This document shows positions 59,384-64,000 of a stretch of DNA of 64,000 nt, piece by piece (positions within the stretch are counted from its first letter, which is position 1; each line of letters opens with the position of its first letter). Under the pieces are notes generated by a model that saw nothing but the letters and a program-made list of their open reading frames with translations, had not been told where the DNA came from and ran no database searches. The DNA comes from an uncultured Gammaproteobacteria bacterium (GTDB lineage Bacteria; Pseudomonadota; Gammaproteobacteria; Pseudomonadales; Azotimanducaceae), in assembly GCA_913030625.1 (NCBI GenBank), contig CAJWDN010000001.1, positions 33,331 through 97,330 of the forward strand, given 5' to 3'. The position numbers were made by a program, and so were the translations under genes.

Positions 59384-60403
59384 ATGTCTGCTGAGTCGAT
59401 TGCTAACGGCAAACTGGCATTGTGCGTGAATCCGATGTCCGGGCGGGATGTGCGTCGGCTGGCTGCTCGCGCAACGAATATGACGCACGAGGCCAAGCGG
59501 GATATCGTAGCGAGAGTGGTTGCCGGTGCAGACGCGATAGGCGTGACAGACATCTATATTGCCCGGGAGCCATTTCGCATTGCCGAGGGTGCGCTGGAGC
59601 TGATGAAGTTACAGGCCAACGTGCACATCATCGATATTCCGCTCACCAATACCGCCCAAGATACCGCTGAAGCCATGCAACGTTTCAAAGCCGCAGGTTG
59701 TTATACGGTGGTGTCGCTGGGCGGCGATGGCACCAATCGGGCCTTGGTCAGCGCCGACAATCACATTGATCTGGTGCCGATTTCTACTGGCACCAATAAT
59801 GTGTTTCCTGCGCTCATAGAACCGACATTAGGCGGCATGGTGGCCGGTCTCAACGCCCTGGGAAAAACCGCCAACATGCCCGATGGGTTACGAGCGCGAG
59901 CTAAGGTTCTGCATCTGCAAACAGCGACGCAAACCGATATTGGACTGATAGACGCGGTGCTGCTGCGCAACGACCACGTGGGCAATATGCTGCCCTTTGA
60001 CGCCGATCGCCTCGACAGCATGCTGTTAACCCGCGCGGAACCCAACTCAATAGGCATGTCCCCCATCGGCGGCTTTATTGACCCGGTTTACGCCGCAGAC
60101 GACTGTGGCTTGTGGGTAGAAATGGGCGGCCAAGGACAACATGTTCGAGCACCGCTTTCCCCCGGACACTTTCGCGACGTCATTGTGCGACAGACTAAAC
60201 GCACCGCATTTGACGAAACGCATAGTTTCTACGGACCGGGTGTGATCGCCCTAGACGGTGATCGAGACTACGGCCTACGAGCAGGCGAGCAAGCTTTGGT
60301 GACTCTGCGTCGTGATGGCCCCCGTATTCTCGACGTTGAGGGCATCATGCGTTGGGCAGTGGGAGCAGGTATGATGTCGTCCGCCGCGAATGCCGACCCT
60401 TAA
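59384..60403 (+). CDS. ATP-NAD kinase/diacylglycerol-kinase-fold protein (AcoX-like); function unknown
   Basis: 339 aa with the GGDGT motif (VVSLGGDGTNRA) followed by PISTGTNNVF, resembling the PF01513-type fold. It is not the canonical NadK, given its length and N-terminus. Confidence 0.65.
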   Translation: MSAESIANGKLALCVNPMSGRDVRRLAARATNMTHEAKRDIVARVVAGADAIGVTDIYIAREPFRIAEGALELMKLQANVHIIDIPLTNTAQDTAEAMQRFKAAGCYTVVSLGGDGTNRALVSADNHIDLVPISTGTNNVFPALIEPTLGGMVAGLNALGKTANMPDGLRARAKVLHLQTATQTDIGLIDAVLLRNDHVGNMLPFDADRLDSMLLTRAEPNSIGMSPIGGFIDPVYAADDCGLWVEMGGQGQHVRAPLSPGHFRDVIVRQTKRTAFDETHSFYGPGVIALDGDRDYGLRAGEQALVTLRRDGPRILDVEGIMRWAVGAGMMSSAANADP

Positions 60404-60433
60404 ACGGCATGAGCGCTATCCGAAGGTGACCTG

Positions 60434-61618
60434 ATGATCGTAAAACCCCGTATCCGCGGCTTCATATGCACGACGGCCCACCCCCACGGCTGCGCCGCCC
60501 ACGTGGACCAACAAATCAACTACGTCACTGAGCATAGTGAAGCCAGTAGCAGCGCTTTTCAAAACGTGTTGGTGCTCGGTTGCTCGGGTGGTTATGGCTT
60601 GGCCAGCAGGATCGTGGCGGGCTTTGGCTGCGGGGCAAATACCCTCGGCGTGTCTTTTGAAAAAGCGCCAACGCAAAGCAAGACCGCCTCTGCGGGTTGG
60701 TACAACAACAACGCCTTTGAAGCACGAGCCGCGCAGCAAGGTCTTTATGCGAAAACACTCGATGGCGATGCTTTTTCCGACGCCATGCGCGAGCGGGTGT
60801 TAGAGACCATCAGGGCAGACCTCGGCCAAATCGATTTGGTGGTCTACAGCCTTGCCTCACCGGTGCGCCAGCATCCTAAAACCGGAGAACTGCACCGTTC
60901 TAGCATCAAACCACTAGGCGAAGTGCTAGATATCAAGACTGTGCATGTGGAAAAGGGCGAAGTCTCCAATGTGTCGTTGGAGCCGGCCACAGAGCAAGAA
61001 ATCGCTGACACCGTTACGGTCATGGGGGGTGAAGATTGGGAATATTGGATCGACGCACTCCTGGCTGCGGACTTACTCGCACCCAAGGCCAAAACCGTCG
61101 CTTACACCTACATCGGTAGCGAACTGACTTGGCCCATTTATTGGGAAGGTACTCTGGGCAAGGCCAAGGCAGACCTGGACCGAGCCAGTGGTGAGATTCA
61201 ACAAAAACTCCAGAGCATTGGTGGTGACGCGCACGTGGCAGTGCTTAAAGCCATCGTCAGTCAGGCCAGTGCCGCCATTCCTGTCGTGCCTTTGTACGCA
61301 GCGTTGTTGTTCCAAGTGATGAAAGAACAGGGCAGCCACGAAGAATGCATTGAACATATCGACCGACTATTTGCTTCACAGCTGCAGGCTGGCGCCACCA
61401 TGCGCCTCGATGATAGCGGTCGCATTCGCGTCGATGATTTAGAACTCTCAGAAACTGTGCAAGCAGAGGTAAAACGACGTTGGCCCTTGGTGGACACCCA
61501 GAACCTACCAGAGTTGGGAGACCTCGCCGGATTTCGCACGGATTTTCTCAAAATATTCGGCTTCGGTATTGATGGCGTCGACTACGATGCGGACGTCGAC
61601 CCCCAACGCATTAGCTGA
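60434..61618 (+). CDS. fabV: Enoyl-[acyl-carrier-protein] reductase FabV (trans-2-enoyl-CoA reductase family)
   Basis: MIVKPRIRGFICTTAHPHGCAAHV is the hallmark FabV N-terminus. 394 aa. Confidence 0.93.
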   Translation: MIVKPRIRGFICTTAHPHGCAAHVDQQINYVTEHSEASSSAFQNVLVLGCSGGYGLASRIVAGFGCGANTLGVSFEKAPTQSKTASAGWYNNNAFEARAAQQGLYAKTLDGDAFSDAMRERVLETIRADLGQIDLVVYSLASPVRQHPKTGELHRSSIKPLGEVLDIKTVHVEKGEVSNVSLEPATEQEIADTVTVMGGEDWEYWIDALLAADLLAPKAKTVAYTYIGSELTWPIYWEGTLGKAKADLDRASGEIQQKLQSIGGDAHVAVLKAIVSQASAAIPVVPLYAALLFQVMKEQGSHEECIEHIDRLFASQLQAGATMRLDDSGRIRVDDLELSETVQAEVKRRWPLVDTQNLPELGDLAGFRTDFLKIFGFGIDGVDYDADVDPQRIS

Positions 61619-61650
61619 GGTGCGCGGCTGCACTACTGTTAAGGAAGCAG

Positions 61651-62673
61651 ATGGAAAAAGTCTTCTTGCAAGCATGCCGAGGTGAACAAACCTCGCATAC
61701 ACCCATATGGCTGAATCGCCAGGCGGGGCGCTATATGCCCGAATATCACCAAGTTAAAGGCGACTTGCCGAGCCTGGACTTTTTCAAAAACCCAGAGCGA
61801 GCAGCCCAAGCCACGCTAGATGCACAGCGCATTCTTGGCGTTGACGCAGCCATCATGTTCGCTGATCTGCTGCCCATTTTGGAGCCCATGGGTCTTGATC
61901 TGGAATACGTCGTGGGCCAGGGCCCGGTCTTTGCCAACCCTATTCGCAGTGCGGCAGATGTGGCCAACTTGGCTACCGCGCCCGCCATCGAGCACACCCC
62001 CTACATAGCCGATACCGTGCGCTGCATCAATGAAGACTTACCGAATGACATTGCGTTGATTGGTTTTGCGGGCGCACCCTTCACCTTGGCCTCCTACGCC
62101 ATCGAAGGTAAGGGTTCGCGTAACTATGTGTACGTGAAAAGGATGATGTACGAAGCACCAGAGCTTTGGCACGAACTCATGACTAAGCTCACTGGCCAAC
62201 TTGCCAGCTATCTGCAGCTGCAAATCAGCGCTGGCGTCGAAGCCGTGCAGCTATTTGACACCTGGGTTGGCAACCTGTCGATCTACGACTATCGCACTTA
62301 TGTCGAGCCGCATTTGAAAGCTCTGGTTGAGGCTCTCGCTGGCACGGTGCCGGTAATCTACTTTGGTACTGGCAACTCTCATCTGTTGCCGGCGGTATCG
62401 CAGCTGAACATCGACGTGCTCGCTTTCGATTGGCGCACGCCGCTGAAAACCACTTGGGATCAGCTCGGCTGCACAGCGGTGCAGGGTAATCTCGACCCCA
62501 TTATCTTGTGTGCCGACCAAGCGGCAGTAGCCTCTCAGTCCCAACGGCTGCTTGATCAAGTCGATGGTCGACCCGGTCATATCTTCAATTTAGGCCACGG
62601 CATCATTCCCGAAACCCCAGTCGATAACGTTAAATTCCTTGTCGACTTTGTGCATGAGCAAAGCAGCCGCTAG
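61651..62673 (+). CDS. hemE: Uroporphyrinogen decarboxylase
   Basis: Contains [28 protein letters not shown], FDTW and IFNLGHGI. 340 aa. Confidence 0.93.
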   Translation: [340 protein letters not shown]

Positions 62674-62878
62674 GTAACCCGCCAGAAATCGGTGGGCTGC
62701 AGGGCGCTGCCAGATTGTTCGGTAAGGATCATTAGAGGCGGGTGAGTTGGCTGCCCCGAGGCTTAGGTGCCTTTGGCGGATTGCTTATCGTCTATCTCGC
62801 GCTAATGTTCGGGGCATCGGCAACCGGCATCGCCCAGATTTCGTTACGTAAATTTGTGGCGGGACGACAACTGGCGTT

Positions 62879-63109
62879 TTACAAGGCAAAGTCGGCAGGT
62901 GGTGCGTAATCCCGAGGTAGGCGGTTATTCTCATTACGATCTGCAATCAACAGACCTTGCTTCGCCAGCGCTTTAAAAAGCACCGGCTCTGCTGAGATCG
63001 GCCAGCCCTCGGCAGCCAACTCCCAGCAGTCAGCGCATACCCGAATGCGATATGCCGCCACTTCCCGCATCGCTTCGGCTTGTTCGCACAGGGCACAGGT
63101 GGCGTCCAC
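62879..63109 (-). CDS. Hypothetical small protein with two CxxC pairs (possible zinc ribbon)
   Basis: The 76-aa ORF starts (GTG) 8 nt after the ilvD stop and carries CALC...CADC. It has no clear Shine-Dalgarno sequence and I recognise no family. Confidence 0.4.
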   Translation of the reverse strand: MDATCALCEQAEAMREVAAYRIRVCADCWELAAEGWPISAEPVLFKALAKQGLLIADRNENNRLPRDYAPPADFAL

Positions 63110-63117
63110 GGCGAGGT

Positions 63118-64000
63118 CTAGCCGAGGTATTTGTCGGTGACCGCGCCTTCGCTAGCAGAGCTGACCAAAGTCGCATACTTCGCCAATGTACCGCGCTGGG
63201 TGTAGGCATCAGGTGCCTGCCACTTGGCCTTACGGGCGGCGAGCTCTTCGTCACTCACGTGTAGATTCACTTCTGCGTTTTCGGCATCCACGGTAATGGC
63301 GTCCCCATCTTGCACCAAGGCAATGGGGCCGCCGAGGTGTGCTTCTGGGGTTACATGACCAATCACAAAACCGTGGGAGCCGCCGGAGAACCTGCCGTCG
63401 GTGATCATTGCCACGTCTTGCGACAGACCGCGACCGTTAATGGCACTGGTGGGGCTGAGCATTTCGCGCATGCCCGGGCCGCCTTTTGGTCCCTCATACC
63501 GCACAATGACCACGTCGCCCCTCACCACCGTGCCATCCATGATCGCCGCCATGGCGGCTTCTTCCCCGTGGAAGCAGCGGGCTGAGCCGGTAAACATCAG
63601 ACCTTCGTGGCCGGTGATTTTCGCCACCGCGCCCTCTGGTGCGAGATTGCCGCGCAGTATCACCAAGTGACTGTCTTTCTTGATGGGGTTCGACAGCGGT
63701 CGAATGATGTTCTGACCTTCGGGATAATCGGCGACGTCGGCCAAATTCTCCGTCATGGTCTTGCCGGTGACCGTCATGCAGTCGCCGTGCAGTAGTCCTT
63801 CGTTGAGCAGGGTTTTCATCAGCGGCAAGATGCCGCCAATTTCAATTAACTCGCTCATGGCGTAGACGCCTGCGGGCCGCATATCGGCGAGCACCGGTAC
63901 GCGCCGGCCCACGCGGCTGAAGTCATCAATGCCCAGCGGAATGTTCGCCGCGTGAGCGATGGCTAACAGGTGTAGTACCGCGTTGGTGGAACCTTCAAGC
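63118..64000 (-). CDS. ilvD: Dihydroxy-acid dehydratase, C-terminal part (gene continues beyond the window's right edge)
   Basis: Contains [52 protein letters not shown]. The frame stays open upstream to nt 64000, so the M at 63912 in the track is internal. Confidence 0.95.
   Translation of the reverse strand, partial: LEGSTNAVLHLLAIAHAANIPLGIDDFSRVGRRVPVLADMRPAGVYAMSELIEIGGILPLMKTLLNEGLLHGDCMTVTGKTMTENLADVADYPEGQNIIRPLSNPIKKDSHLVILRGNLAPEGAVAKITGHEGLMFTGSARCFHGEEAAMAAIMDGTVVRGDVVIVRYEGPKGGPGMREMLSPTSAINGRGLSQDVAMITDGRFSGGSHGFVIGHVTPEAHLGGPIALVQDGDAITVDAENAEVNLHVSDEELAARKAKWQAPDAYTQRGTLAKYATLVSSASEGAVTDKYLG

Overview
This 64-kb window is densely packed chromosomal housekeeping DNA from a gammaproteobacterium. 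By eye it is moderately GC-rich, which I did not compute. Gene order closely follows the Pseudomonas-type layout as I recall it: rpoZ-spoT, gmk, yicC | rph, pyrE, slmA, argB, algC, coaBC | radC, rpmBG, mutM, coaD, rsmD | ftsYEX, rpoH ... gshB ... metF, metK | tkt, pgk, fba ... rpiA | ilvA ... zapA-6S RNA-ygfA ... pepP, ubiH, gcvTH-PA-PB ... rppH, ptsP ... lgt, thyA, folA, fabV, hemE ... ilvD. I call about 70 protein genes, one ncRNA (6S/ssrS, not visible in an ORF track), ribosomal protein L33 (below the track's size cutoff), a partial spoT at the left edge and a partial ilvD at the right edge. I found no rRNA or tRNA genes, CRISPR arrays, transposases, integrases, phage genes or recognisable defence or toxin modules. 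I do not see a convincing new multi-gene system here. The observations most worth a second look are single-locus anomalies: (1) an in-frame RuvX(YqgF)-YggS fusion ORF; (2) a class II fructose-bisphosphate aldolase ORF with a roughly 66-codon in-frame internal deletion that removes the catalytic Asp-His region; (3) an unrecognised 323-aa acidic protein sitting where Pseudomonas carries pilG-chpA; (4) very tight gene packing that collapses three Pseudomonas loci into one 11-gene co-directional block; (5) rpiA with no canonical start codon at the conserved N-terminus. All functional calls come from reading the translations against family motifs and remembered homolog sequences. No database search was run.
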